Part shown: one piece after another, positions 11,124 through 22,486 of the stretch
How the letters are laid out: each line of letters starts with the position of its first letter
Numbering within the stretch: the stretch's first letter is position 1
Source: Neoechinorhynchus agilis
Taxonomy: Eukaryota > Animalia > Acanthocephala
Assembly: GCA_051530055.1 (NCBI GenBank)
Contig: CM121341.1
Span: forward strand, 3,462,151-3,526,150
Length of the DNA: 64,000 nucleotides
Direction of reading: 5' to 3'
The notes under the pieces: generated by a model
Seen by the model: the letters and a program-made list of their open reading frames with translations, nothing else
Database searches by the model: none
What the model was told of the DNA's origin: nothing
Translations under genes and position numbers: made by a program

Positions 11124-12050
11124 ATGTCTAGCGACTCTCGTTATCAGCTTTATTTCAAAGCTCGTCTAGCAGAAGAAGTGGATCGATATACCGATATGTC
11201 TATGTTTATGAAGAAACTAACCCAACTTGTTGGAGTTGATCTTACAGCAGATGAACGCAATGCACTTTCCACGTCTTATAAATCAGTGGCGAGTCGGCTT
11301 CGATCTGCTTGGAGACTATTGACGAGCGTTGTGAACACTGAGGACTTAAAACTGGACTCAATGGGGAAAGTTTCGGAAAGTTGTCCTTATAAACAAGTGC
11401 AAATTCAAAGTGCAAAAGAATACAGAGATACCATAGAAAGCGAACTAAAGGATGTATGTCTAGAAGCTCTTAGTCTAATCGATTCTCATTTGCTTAAGAA
11501 TGCAACATCTACCGAATCTCAGGTTTTTTATGCAAAAATGAAAGGTGATTATTACCGATATCTGGCTGAGATCAGTGCTAAAAGTGATGCTAAGAGGGAT
11601 GAATACACTTACGAAGCATCAATCGCCTACGAGGAAGCTATTAAACATTCAGAAAATGAACTAGAAGTAACTCACCCCATTCGACTCGGTCTTGCTCTAA
11701 ATTACTCAGTATTTCTCTATGAAGTCAAAAACGATATGGATAAGGCTTGTGATCTAGCCAGTAAGACTTATATGGAAGCAATTAAAAGCTTGGACGATCT
11801 TTCGGACGAATACTACAAGGACTCGTCTCTTCTGATAGACCTACTTCAGGAAAATCTTACTTTGTGGAAATCAAGACAAAAGCGGGACGCCGAATCCGAG
11901 GATCGTTATGGAATACCAATCAATGAAAACGGCAGTCCTTGCAATTGGAAAAGAATCGGTTCATCGCCCCAGGAAAATGAAATATCACAACACGTGAACG
12001 TTCTCATAGAAAATAACAACAATGAAGATAAAATACTCGATATTAACTGA
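11124..12050 (+). CDS. 14-3-3: divergent 14-3-3 paralog, single coding exon, extended C-terminal tail
   Basis: [57 protein letters not shown] and YKDSSLLIDLLQENLTLW; intact ORF. Confidence 0.93.
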   Translation: MSSDSRYQLYFKARLAEEVDRYTDMSMFMKKLTQLVGVDLTADERNALSTSYKSVASRLRSAWRLLTSVVNTEDLKLDSMGKVSESCPYKQVQIQSAKEYRDTIESELKDVCLEALSLIDSHLLKNATSTESQVFYAKMKGDYYRYLAEISAKSDAKRDEYTYEASIAYEEAIKHSENELEVTHPIRLGLALNYSVFLYEVKNDMDKACDLASKTYMEAIKSLDDLSDEYYKDSSLLIDLLQENLTLWKSRQKRDAESEDRYGIPINENGSPCNWKRIGSSPQENEISQHVNVLIENNNNEDKILDIN

Positions 12051-12794
12051 CTGCGTATTTTTTGCAATAAAACATATACGTTTTAAAATATAGATAAAGT
12101 GCCACAGCTATACTGATTAGATTGAAAATATTAAAGAACAAATAAGTCCCTATTACTTTTCGATTTATACCCACAGAATCCAGGAATTGCAAAAGCTCAT
12201 AATTTTACTTGTTCAAAGCATTCGACGACCGTAAAACCTGGACTAATTGCATTGATTATAATTCTCAAAGATATATCGTGAATGTTCTGGTAGTGTAAAT
12301 AAGTGAAGCATTTTCATTAAAAAGAATTTAACGAACTTGACAAATGATGCAACTCGCCATTGGCTGCATTTATCCACACTATAAAATTTATAAAAGTTCT
12401 GATGGGAACGGAGGAACATCTTGGTGCTCCATTGACTCGATAATGCATCCAGCATTTCCTTTCTGAATCGCTGATGGCGAGAGAGGTTATAAAAGGAGTA
12501 GAGCGAGACGAATCGAGGCATTTGTACTTCTCTTTTTTCAGTGCTCTTTTTGCCACTTTACCGACTCTTGGAACTGAAGGGGACAATTTCCTTTTAGCAT
12601 TTCTATTAGGGCAGATGAAGCCTCAAGGAGACGGCCTCTTTCCCACGGAACTTTTGATGGGCAGTCCGGTTTTTTCCCTTTATCTTTACTTATGCGAGAT
12701 ATTTGCCCAAACTTTACGTTTTAGAGTATTCACCATGCCGTGGCGATTGTGACTGGCTATCGCTTTGGGGCATTTGAGTCCGTGGGACAGTTCG

Positions 12795-12930
12795 CACCTT
12801 GCAGGATTGAGAAAGCCACGTCGAAGTCTAGTGCCGAAGCGAGACCGAAGGAACAGTCATCCAATTTAGTACCTGAAGCGTTAAGTAAAAACACTGGACC
12901 ATTTGGTTGCGGCCTCGTTCTTTGGCGTCA
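12795..12930 (+). repeat. dispersed repeat, copy of 5205-5310 with a ~45-bp extra segment
   Basis: Shared blocks listed under 5205-5310. Confidence 0.7.
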
Positions 12931-13059
12931 ACACAGCACAAACAATTTGAAAGTTGAATCTTTAAGCTTTATCGATCGGCGATGTATCTCGCATAACCGT
13001 GAATTCTTACAATTTGTTAATACTCAGTGTTTAAAACTGGCAAAAAAATTCTTAACTTA

Positions 13060-13760
13060 AAGTCATGATCCGTATCGCTGGATCCGAAACTCGTTGCGTG
13101 CACTAGATTTTTTGAAGTTCTCGCGACACTCTGACTCAGGTTGTCGTAAAGGAACAAATTCAACTATCTCATTGGCATGATGAATCTGGCACAAAGCGGT
13201 TTTTCTTGGTTCATTTATCTTATTACCGTTTACAAGGATACCATCACGGATTGCATTGATAGACCAAGCCAATTTATCTTTGGTATTGGTCCATTTTTCC
13301 TAAGTATCGCAACTGTAGCCGTGGTTATAGTGTACATCACAATAGCCATAGCTGGCAAAAGACATAAAGGAAGTCTTGTCATCCAACGTTTCAAGTAAAA
13401 TTTATCAAGAGCGCCCAAACGATTGCGATATTAAATAAAATCGATTTTTAACTTGGTACTATAGGACAATAGGCATCGTGTTTAATATCGAAAAATGTAT
13501 GCCATTTGATTGGAAATTTAGCATGCAGTGAATTTTTAAAGTGTATGGCAAACAACTTGAAACCTTGATGTTGCGATCGCCCACGTTTATAAAACTCATA
13601 ATAAAACAAGTTGATTTGGTTTGGTCAGCAAAGGAACTCGGGTCGCTTTCGTTAAACTCAAGTGACATGTAACCAAAATTGACCTCAGTTGTTTGAGCAG
13701 ATTCCTTGGTGTCCTTTAGTAATGGCTTCAATTTCAAAAATGCCTCTAATCTAAAAGGCA
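13060..13760 (-). mobile_element. possible piggyBac-like transposase relic
   Basis: YRNRLGALDKF..KRWMTRLPLCLLPAMAIVMYTI loosely resembles the PGBD YN..MGGVD..W...F..LL..A..NAY.. motif. Many stops; no TIRs found. Confidence 0.25.
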
Positions 13761-13822
13761 TTTTTGGAATTCGAAGTTTGCATCACAATCGGATAATCAA
13801 ATTAATTTGGTGAAACTTCGAT

Positions 13823-14569
13823 TCAAATTAGATACCGTCCTGTAAAATAATCTTGATTGTTTTCCAATTGATTGGAAAATTCCGTGTTTAATAAAAATGG
13901 TTCATTTTCACAGTGAAGAAGAGGTTTCGGAGCTTGAGAATGGGGATAAATATTCCTTGGTGATTGCGTTGCGGTGTAAATGTGTTGAACAAGAGGAGCA
14001 GTTGGATTTGTTTGAGCTTTATGTAGTCGATAAGAAGAGGACAATGTTGTCATTGCATCGGATGCCGTTGTACATGACTGACGCTTTAATTCTTCGGTTT
14101 TCCGAGACTCATCATCGCTTACTAGAATGTGGCACTTACTTGAGCCATCTTCTTCTTGACTATTCACTTTTGATCGGTGTCTACGAGTCCTTTGTCGTCT
14201 GAGGATTAATGCTCCTACCATGATAAGGACGAATCCAAGGATTATTAATACAAGGGCCACGGTGGCATACAAAATAGTGAGATTAGTGTACCGAGATCCG
14301 AATCGATTCATAAGGATTTGATCGATTGATTTGTATAAAGACGATTCGTTAGGATTAGTTTGGTTTTGGCGTTGATCGAAGCAACAATATCGATTATGTG
14401 GGTTTCCGCAACAAAAGCGATGGCGGCCTTTAAACGGTGGGCAGCTGAAACCGTTGATCCATACGCCGAATCGGTCTTGATATCCGGCGCAATGATGAGA
14501 TTTCATTATCGAAAATGAAGAGTTTCTGTGGCTGCGGCGATGACTTTGTTGCTTCGAGAATATGAAGAC
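13823..14569 (-). CDS. Shisa-family single-pass membrane protein (main coding exon)
   Basis: Cys-rich Shisa domain CAGYQDRFGVWINGFSCP..FCCGNPHNRYCC, then the TM helix LTILYATVALVLIILGFVLIMVGALIL and a basic stop-transfer stretch. A pyrimidine tract plus AG acceptor (CCCCTTTCTCCTCATTAG) ends at 14570; the signal-peptide exon was not located. Confidence 0.85.
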   Translation of the reverse strand, partial: VFIFSKQQSHRRSHRNSSFSIMKSHHCAGYQDRFGVWINGFSCPPFKGRHRFCCGNPHNRYCCFDQRQNQTNPNESSLYKSIDQILMNRFGSRYTNLTILYATVALVLIILGFVLIMVGALILRRQRTRRHRSKVNSQEEDGSSKCHILVSDDESRKTEELKRQSCTTASDAMTTLSSSYRLHKAQTNPTAPLVQHIYTATQSPRNIYPHSQAPKPLLHCENEPFLLNTEFSNQLENNQDYFTGRYLI

Positions 14570-16539
14570 CTAATGAGGAGAAAGGGGTTTATAGCAGCGA
14601 ATGGGCGTTTAGGACATTCGGATTGTTTTGCACCGAGAAATGGAGTGAATTTCAAGAAGATCGTTAATCTCTATGACTGGGAATGTGATTGCATAACAAA
14701 GGAAGCATTGTAAGAAGGCCTTGAAATCGCAGATAGGCGGATGGATAACAGTGTCCGAGAAAGGCAAACAGGAGCAGGTGACAATGCTGACGGCTACTTT
14801 CGTCTAGTTCGCTCGGTGAATTGGTGGTGGCGGTGGTGGTTATTGACACACACAAGCATTCCTCGGGCAAAGGACGATGTTGACTCTGATGCTGACCAGA
14901 AGATATAGAGGAAAAAGGATAGGTTGATTGTGAAAGTATGTTTTACTAATAATCCCTTCCTCGGTTTCTTCATGTTTACAACCATCTCAGACACAAAAAA
15001 TACAGAAGATTGTCTGATGAATCTGTCATGTGGCAGATATGACTTTTTATTAGATCTTTGTCGAGAGGTGTCCGAGGCATTCTCAGTGGACACACACAAA
15101 CCGAAACTGACCTATAAAATGGGTGTATGTTTATAATTTTGATTCGGAAAAATATCACGTCCGAGGGACGTAGTGATCGATCGATTTTACGAAACCTTCT
15201 CGAAGTATACACGGTAAAGAGCTACAGCTATTAATCTTTCATTGGAAAATCATAAAGGGAATTCTGCAAGAGATTCTCGGACTAAATTAGTCTCACACAA
15301 AAACGTCAACAAATCAGATATTTTCCAAAAGACTTATCTCAAACAATGTTTCGATATTTATATCGGCATCGATGACGAATTTAGAGATGGCATTATCACA
15401 AATGGACAGTTAAAGAAACAATCGAACACTCGAAATGAATGAGTTGGCGAGTCGATGAGGTGCCAAACAGTCTTCTACACTACAAACGGCCATATTCAAC
15501 GGTATTTTCAGCTCGTCTGCTTAACTATTTCCAATGCTTTCAGACTTGAATTATTTAGTGTCTCTGAAATACTCTTCTTCGAAAATAATAAATTGAAGTG
15601 AAAACAGAGAATTTTTTCGAATCATCCTATTAAAAATAAAAAGGCCATCGTGCAGGATGGATCTTTATTTACTTACAGTACCATATTCTTCTCGTATAAA
15701 AAGTCTGATTCCTTGAAGAATATTTAATAGAACTTTTCTAATGCACGCAATAAAGTCGATATGCTTAAATTTATACGCGTGAAAATATTCATTTTAGAAA
15801 TAAATCCATATTAAAAGTCATCCTTTTGAAAATATCATCATATACCCAACAGTCATCAGTATTCACTTTTATTATCCAAAAAGGAAAAACGTCGACTTTT
15901 TAGTACAATCACAAAGTGAGGGAAAATATTTGCTTCGAACTTGGAGTGTTTTTGGAAGAATAGCAAAGTTAATTGACTGAATTTTATAAGAATTCCGCAC
16001 GAACACGTATTTTAATTATCGTTATCTTATATTAAATATTCATATATTGCATTTCCTGTATCTACAAAAATAAGATAACTATTGTTTGTCCTATACCAAG
16101 GAGAAAATCTCATCTCCCAATTAAAACACTGATGAATTTTGGTCATATTTCTATGCGGAAAATACTTGCAAGAATATATTGAATGGAACCCGGTCTTTAT
16201 TTGAAAATAAAAAATTATTCAATCTACGAACCTTTTATTTCTGCAACAAATCAGTTGTACTCGAGAATCATAATATCCTGATAGTGGTGTAACGCTCTTT
16301 TGACATATAATAATTTGTACTACCTCTCCGGCTGTATCATTCGGTTATGCAAAACAATCTGTGGCATTGCCCAAGTCCAAGTGGTGCTTCAAAAAACTTT
16401 TGATTCGGAACTATTCTCTTATAATGTTCAAAAATTCATTTTTTTTCTGAATGCCGCTCTTTTCTCAAACAGAGATCTATGCCGTGAAAAGTTTACCTTT
16501 AGGGACAAATGCGAAAACCGTTGCGATTCTCCACGGGAT

Positions 16540-17510
16540 TGACAATTGAAACGTCCTTTTCGCTTTAATGAGTGCAGTTTTACCTACAAGGATATTTACG
16601 GGATCGTCCTGGACGTTGAGGATCGTTCTCGTGCCCGACGAATTCTTTTCCCGCTTCGAGAACAACGCTTTATTTCGATTGGTTCCTTTTGTGGAAATTC
16701 TTACCACGCGCCAATCAATAAAATTCGCATTCAGAAATAATTTCAAATGTGATGTCCAAGAATTTCTGCATTTTCGTTTCCAAAAACAAGCGACACTCCT
16801 GGTTTGAAATCGAGAATGAAATTCGTTCACATGTAATCTTTTGAGAAGTCGAATGGGTGATTCCAATTGTTTTAGTAAGGAAGGATGTTGCAAAGGTTCG
16901 AATCTGTGGCGATTTCAAGGCGACAATCAACCCGTTTCTAAAGACTGACAGCTATCAGATGCCGCAGATGGAACAATTTTTTTCATTTGTATATTTTTTT
17001 GAACTTTTATTTGTAGAACATAATAAAGCACAAAACGTGCAATCACCACCGTCCGCAAAAACGGAGCTTCTCTCCTTCCTCGGCCTCGTTGTACTGCAAG
17101 CGAGATATTTTGTCGCAGGAATACACCTGATCGTGCGTCGCCGGTCATTTCTCTCAATTTCTTCGACAGATCCTGGAGCACAGTGCCGAGCTGCTAAGCG
17201 CTCCATACGTCTCTACTCCGAAGGGGACAAAATAGTGGGTCCTTGCTAATTCTCTATATTTTCGTACCTTCCTCCCATCCGCAGCACTGGCGGCACCTCC
17301 AGGAATTTAGAGTGGGCAAATATTCCATTATAGACATGAAAGATGCATATTTACAATTGGTAATGAACGAAAAACCCCAAGTCTTTAGTAACGATTGCGA
17401 CACCGTGGGGATATTTCCGGTACCGGCGAATACCTTTCGGAATGTCAGTGGCTCCACAGGTTTTTTAGAAACTTATAATAAGTGGTCTATTGGATGGCAT
17501 TCCGTTTAGC
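16540..17510 (+). mobile_element. decayed Gypsy (Mag-like) pol RT fragment
   Basis: IPIVLVRK..KVRICGDFKATINPFLKTDSYQMPQMEQFF, then GKYSIIDMKDAYLQL and PWGYFRYRRIPFGMSVAPQVF. Confidence 0.85.
16980..17302 (-). mobile_element. 5'-truncated CRE-like element nested in the Gypsy RT
   Basis: RLE C-terminus (THYFVPFGVETYGA..FLRQNISLAVQRG) followed on the minus strand by AATAAA and an A-rich tail at ~16980-17010. Confidence 0.8.
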
Positions 17511-18149
17511 ACATTTATCATTTTCCTCAGAGACACAGAAAACTCCGATTGCAATAAATTTCATGTAGAAAGCTACTACAAATATTTAATTTACATGTAA
17601 AACGTTACGGCAGTCCATTTTTAGATTTGACATTATTTAATCGCATAGTTAGGAATATATAAATAATATATTGGACATATATGTTTCTTCCTATCACAGC
17701 TGATTGATTCGATGATCCTTCACTCATAAAGCTGTACAGGTTTCCTTGAACTGTAACATTGTTACATTATTGATCCAATCCTTTTTTGATTGTCTTTTTT
17801 TAGCAATTTATGTGATTGAAACGAGATGTTTTATTTTGAATCAATATTTCGGAAAAGCTGGTGTTTGATAGAGACTGACCAAGACGTCACCGGAATCAGT
17901 ATTCTGCTGTTTGTAAGTAACAATAGAATCGTATTGACCGTCTTATGGAGATTATCGATTTCCTTTTACATGAGCAGGGACTAGATTGTTTTAGGACTCT
18001 ATTGGGGAACACGGGTCCTGCTGGGTTTCATTCTTTGAAGACTGCGAATGAAGAGGAAACAATAAAGGCCAATTCGCTTCAAATTCGCCACTAATGGCTC
18101 GATCACATTAGAATACTGTGAAATCCTTTTTTTTTCGCGGCCACCCATT

Positions 18150-18450
18150 AGTTGATTCGATTTTCTTTATAAGGGATTTCGTAACGCAAGTTCGGACAGA
18201 TGGAGAAGGCCACGATTGCAGAATTTAATTTTATCTGTGATTTAAACACGACGAAGTATAATGTCCCAATTGGGCGCATTTTTGGCATAATGTCAGATTG
18301 AAATCATCAGTCGATTCCCTGAAACTTTAAAAGTTTACCCAGTGAGAGAAAATACAACGGGGGTTCATACGGAAGGGAAGTAGTCAACTGTAATGTCAAT
18401 TTCTTTGACCATTTTTATAATTCCTTTTCATTAGGATGTATAAACGCTAC
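18150..18450 (-). mobile_element. LINE ORF1 (gag-like) relic with CCHC zinc knuckle
   Basis: Minus strand 18287-18245 reads CQKCAQLGHYTSSC (C-X2-C-X4-H-X4-C); the surrounding frame is broken. Confidence 0.5.
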
Positions 18451-18729
18451 CATTGTATGAAACTTATTAGAGAATACTTGTTTAATGCCATAATGGCATA
18501 GTCGATTTCAATAATCTCTTTAAAATATCGAAGTTCATTCCGAATGCGTGTATTCTCCAAAGTATACCTTGCCAATTCTTATGAGAAAATTCTCCTTTGA
18601 AGTTGGGTGTTTGAGTATTGTGTACAAAATTGGAGAAGTTGACGCCAATTCATTTTTCGACCAATAGGCTTGTGGCTGGTTCAATTATCTCCTCCGCTGT
18701 TATCTTCGTAAACAGGGCTGTTACGTTAG

Positions 18730-18945
18730 TTCGAAGGTGTAAATTACGACCAAGTGGATGTGCTCGCAATGGGAAGCGTCGAAATTGAGCGGTGTGGAGC
18801 TGTGGATGCGATATGTGGATGATACCTTCATTATCCTTGATCGCAGCACAAGTTCAATCGAACAGCTCGAAAAAGAATTGAATAGCTGTCACCGGAACAT
18901 ACAATGGACAATTGAAGAAGAGGAAAATGATAGTTTCGGTCTATA
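18730..18945 (+). mobile_element. Penelope-like RT fragment
   Basis: LWMRYVDDTFIILD..LEKELNSCHRNIQWTIEEE. Confidence 0.8.
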
Positions 18946-19957
18946 GAATGGTGGTGCAATGGATCTCACCTTAGCCCGTTTTAATACAAATTGGCAAGGG
19001 TCAGATCGATGTTCATCAGGGCGTTTAGATTTTGTTCCGATGGAATGAGCCTCAAAGATGAACTGGATTGGATTTATAGTAAGCGCAATATGTTCCATCG
19101 ATTAAGAAAGGCTTTCTGCGGATACCACCTGATAATCCAAATTGAATGCTTCTTGGGTGTATTTTAGATAGGCTGAAGAAGGCCTACACGAATCAATTAT
19201 TTGATAATTCGCTATCAAAAAGTTAAAATGATGAACATCTTTACTTTCTATATTCTGATCGTGGGAATCTGCTTCAGTGCCGGCGTAATTTAGCTCCAAC
19301 TTCTTAAAAGTTAGCTCCTCAATCTACAAAGCTACCTTTCTAACTTCATGATGTCCGTGAAGGATGCTTCTGCGTTCGTATATCATCATTGAAAAAGTTG
19401 CACCGTTCAACCGCTCTTCGCAATTCGCCACAAACCATTGCGCATAAGTTTGAGTTTCTTTAATCAGCGTTTTCCAAATTTATAACGTTCCGTTAAATCG
19501 TGTGTCTGCGATCCATACATTTAGTGTAATTTATTCGCCAAATCCATATAAGACGAACGTCTTTCAAAGTTTCAACGGTAAACACTTTTCTCAGCAGTTT
19601 GAACATTTGTGGACTACGCCAAGAGATCCAACACGCTCTTTTCATATCTTGCACCTCGCTCCATCTGAAGTGCTAATAATCCGCCCACTCCTCTTTCTCT
19701 GCGTCGAATTGTAGAAAGGTTGAGAAAGTTGTTCCGACTTTTCCGTTTATCTGTTTATTCTTCTCCTCGCTGATATCTACTATTGTCTCCCATCACTCTT
19801 TTTCGATACCAATAAACTCATAAGCCCCGATTGATTCTTCAAAATATCGATAATTGTTCTCTGTGGAGGGACCCAGTGGCATCACCATTATTTATTGACG
19901 TTACTATTATATTCATTATAACTCTATCCAATTGTTCCTTCGAGTGGATGTGTATTC

Positions 19958-20125
19958 TCAATGGCGAATTGTTACACACTCGAGTTTTATTATTGAACTC
20001 TTTATAGCGAATTTTCAAGGCCACAGCTTCCTTCTCAAGTAAAAACTTAGAAGAGGAGGCTGAGGCCTTGAAATTTTGCAAGATTGATTTCAACAAAACT
20101 CGAGTGTGTAACGATTCGCCATTGA
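19958..20125. repeat. 31-bp inverted repeat (1 mismatch), ~106-bp spacer
   Basis: TCAATGGCGAATTGTTACACACTCGAGTTTT (19958-19988) and AAAACTCGAGTGTGTAACGATTCGCCATTGA (20095-20125). Confidence 0.8.
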
Positions 20126-21339
20126 TAATTCAGTATAACGTTACAACGTGATTGGAAGTGTTTAGTTTTGTCAGACTTCTTAAAGGTCATCACACCGATT
20201 ACGACGAACAAACACACACCACGGTCACAATCGCTCCATTTACTTAAATGAACACACGATGATGTTCGACGTTTAAGCGTCAAACGTTTCTTTGAGTGTA
20301 ACATCTTCCACTTCACGATTACTGCTCCATATCGTACTATGGGTTTGTTCTTTAGCCTTTCGTTTCACCTGGCTCCGGTGCTTCTGGTTGAGATTTACAT
20401 TCATCCAATCTGACTAGCAAATCAGCCTTCTCCAGTTGTCGCTCGGACTTCTTTATCCTACGATCCTCTTCATCGGTCACCTCTTCCTTGACCTTCTCTT
20501 CATCATATTCGTGCCTTTGCTGATCTCTCTGCACTGCATCTTTCGCTCTTACGAGAAAATTCTCCTTTGGAGTGGGACGTCTTAAGAAAAACAAGCTGAT
20601 TGATCTTTAGAAAAAAAGGTCGATGAACTCGAAGTCGTGGTACACTCACCCGACTTTTTACATCTACAAAGGAAGGGAGAACGAAATCTAACCTTCTAAG
20701 ACTCAATCATCTGTCGCTCAACTGTGCTAGGCTCAACCACGAGACTTCAGCAAAGGATGGAGATCAACTATTCTCGGACATCGCAATTTTTATCCATAAA
20801 CAGCGCACGACATGCGTTTTGAATTTTTAAATACGCTTGTGGATGTGTCCACTTGGCGTGATCCATCCGGACTAAAATTGGTGACAAAACTAATTCTAAA
20901 TAAACCAAAGAATACATCCTATTCCCCTGAGAAATCCATCGTAGTCATGAGACATGGAGTTTAGGCATTTTGTAAAGTGATTCTTGCAAACTCAAATTTT
21001 TATAGATTTTCCCTACTAACAAAAACTCAAGTGAAAAATTTACGATGTTTAATAGGCTTTTTACAAACGATAAAAAACGTGCTATTCTGCAAAAATATTC
21101 GCTAAACTAAGATGCTCAACATCCACTCTCTTAACAAATCAACGAACAGTGAACGAGAATCAGCCAAGTATTCCACTCTTATGGATGTCGCACTAAAGAA
21201 ATGCTTTAAACGAGTTACTGAAACTCTAAAGAACTCATTAATTGAAGCGATGAGCACAGTTAATGATATATCAGCGGAAGCTATTCAGTGCGAAATGGAA
21301 GCTCTTTGAGGTCTCGTTTCTGGACGTCCCTGTCAAGCG

Positions 21340-21960
21340 TCCTGCACAAGGCAAAATTAGCACTTTATCGCAAGACGAATCTACCATGAGGACCACCACA
21401 CTGATCAAGTTACCAACCGATTACGCATAAAATCTCGGCTGGGAAAGGGAGATTATAGTAAAGGAGCTGAAAATGAGGGGATATCCCAAAAGGATTATAG
21501 ACCGGGGAAGCGCACTTCATTGATGATGAAACGAATCAATTGATTTACTCCATTATGAATAAGAAGGTTGGAATTCGTCTATACAGTACTAAAGGAATCG
21601 CTATCGGATTCACATCCAAGAGGAAGGGTAAAACTGAACCGACCCATGAGATCTATAGAATTCACTGTGATCAGTGTGAGAAAGTCTATATCGGACAAAC
21701 GATACAAGGCATCGAGAAGAGGGTCGCACAACAATAGCAAGTCTGCAGTCGATTTGAGCATTCGTCAGCAATCTCTAATCATCGAGAGACATGTAAGCAT
21801 CGAGTGGATTTTGGTGGCACTTTATAGAAATAGAGCAAAACCTAAAAAGGCGGCTTGTTTTGGAGGCCTTACACATCGCTGTGTCCAACACAATGGAAGG
21901 AAATAAAGCTAATTTTAGCTTGAAACTTCTAACCAGCGACGTGTTAAAAATCAATACTAA
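21340..21960 (+). mobile_element. decayed Penelope-like element 3' part (thumb + GIY-YIG)
   Basis: KELKMRGYPKRIIDR and EIYRIHCDQCEKVYIGQTIQGIEKRVAQ. Confidence 0.8.
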
Positions 21961-22071
21961 AATCATGGAAAAACGCAGTATAGCCGAGCGAATAATTGGT
22001 CCCCGACCTTCGGGTTAGGCGATACCGCGCACTCGAGCTTAAAAACTTAAGATGAAAAACATATTTTTAGA

Positions 22072-22108
22072 TGACTGATGAGGCGAGGTTACCTCGCGAA
22101 ATATCTCA
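22072..22108 (+). ncRNA. apparently intact minimal type I hammerhead ribozyme
   Basis: UGA-CUGAUGA-G-GCGAGG(UUA)CCUCGC-GAA-AUAU-C-UCA; predicted cleavage after C22105. Lies ~110 bp downstream of the Penelope remnant on the same strand. Confidence 0.8.
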
Positions 22109-22486
22109 AATAAATCAAAATCAAATAGGTTATGACCGGGTCTATGTTAACCAAAAGTTTATTCCGTCAAATATCCATTCAAAAATCATCGAAAAGTGTT
22201 TTAAATCTCGCCTTTTTTCACTCCAGGAAAAGTTATCGCCCCTACAATTTGGCTTCCGGCCCAAACTAGCACGAAAAAGTTAGTAGCATTTAAATGAGCT
22301 CATTGATCACCGTGTGAAATCCAGTCATATATTTAACTCAGCTATAATATCCCCCAACCGCCAATAATCACTAAATTTACGCTAAATCTAATTTATCTAA
22401 GAGATGCGCAACACTATTTGAGGCACAACTCAAGATTGCACTTGGAATATGCAATCTTCTACTAAATGTTGCTCTAAACGTTGATT

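Noticed and set aside
15242-15540. Possible second GNAT relic
   Set aside because: Similarity is limited to a few residues; unsupported.
19839-20640. Possible LINE ORF1 or gene on the minus strand
   Set aside because: Coding-like charged stretches, but many stops and no motif I could identify.
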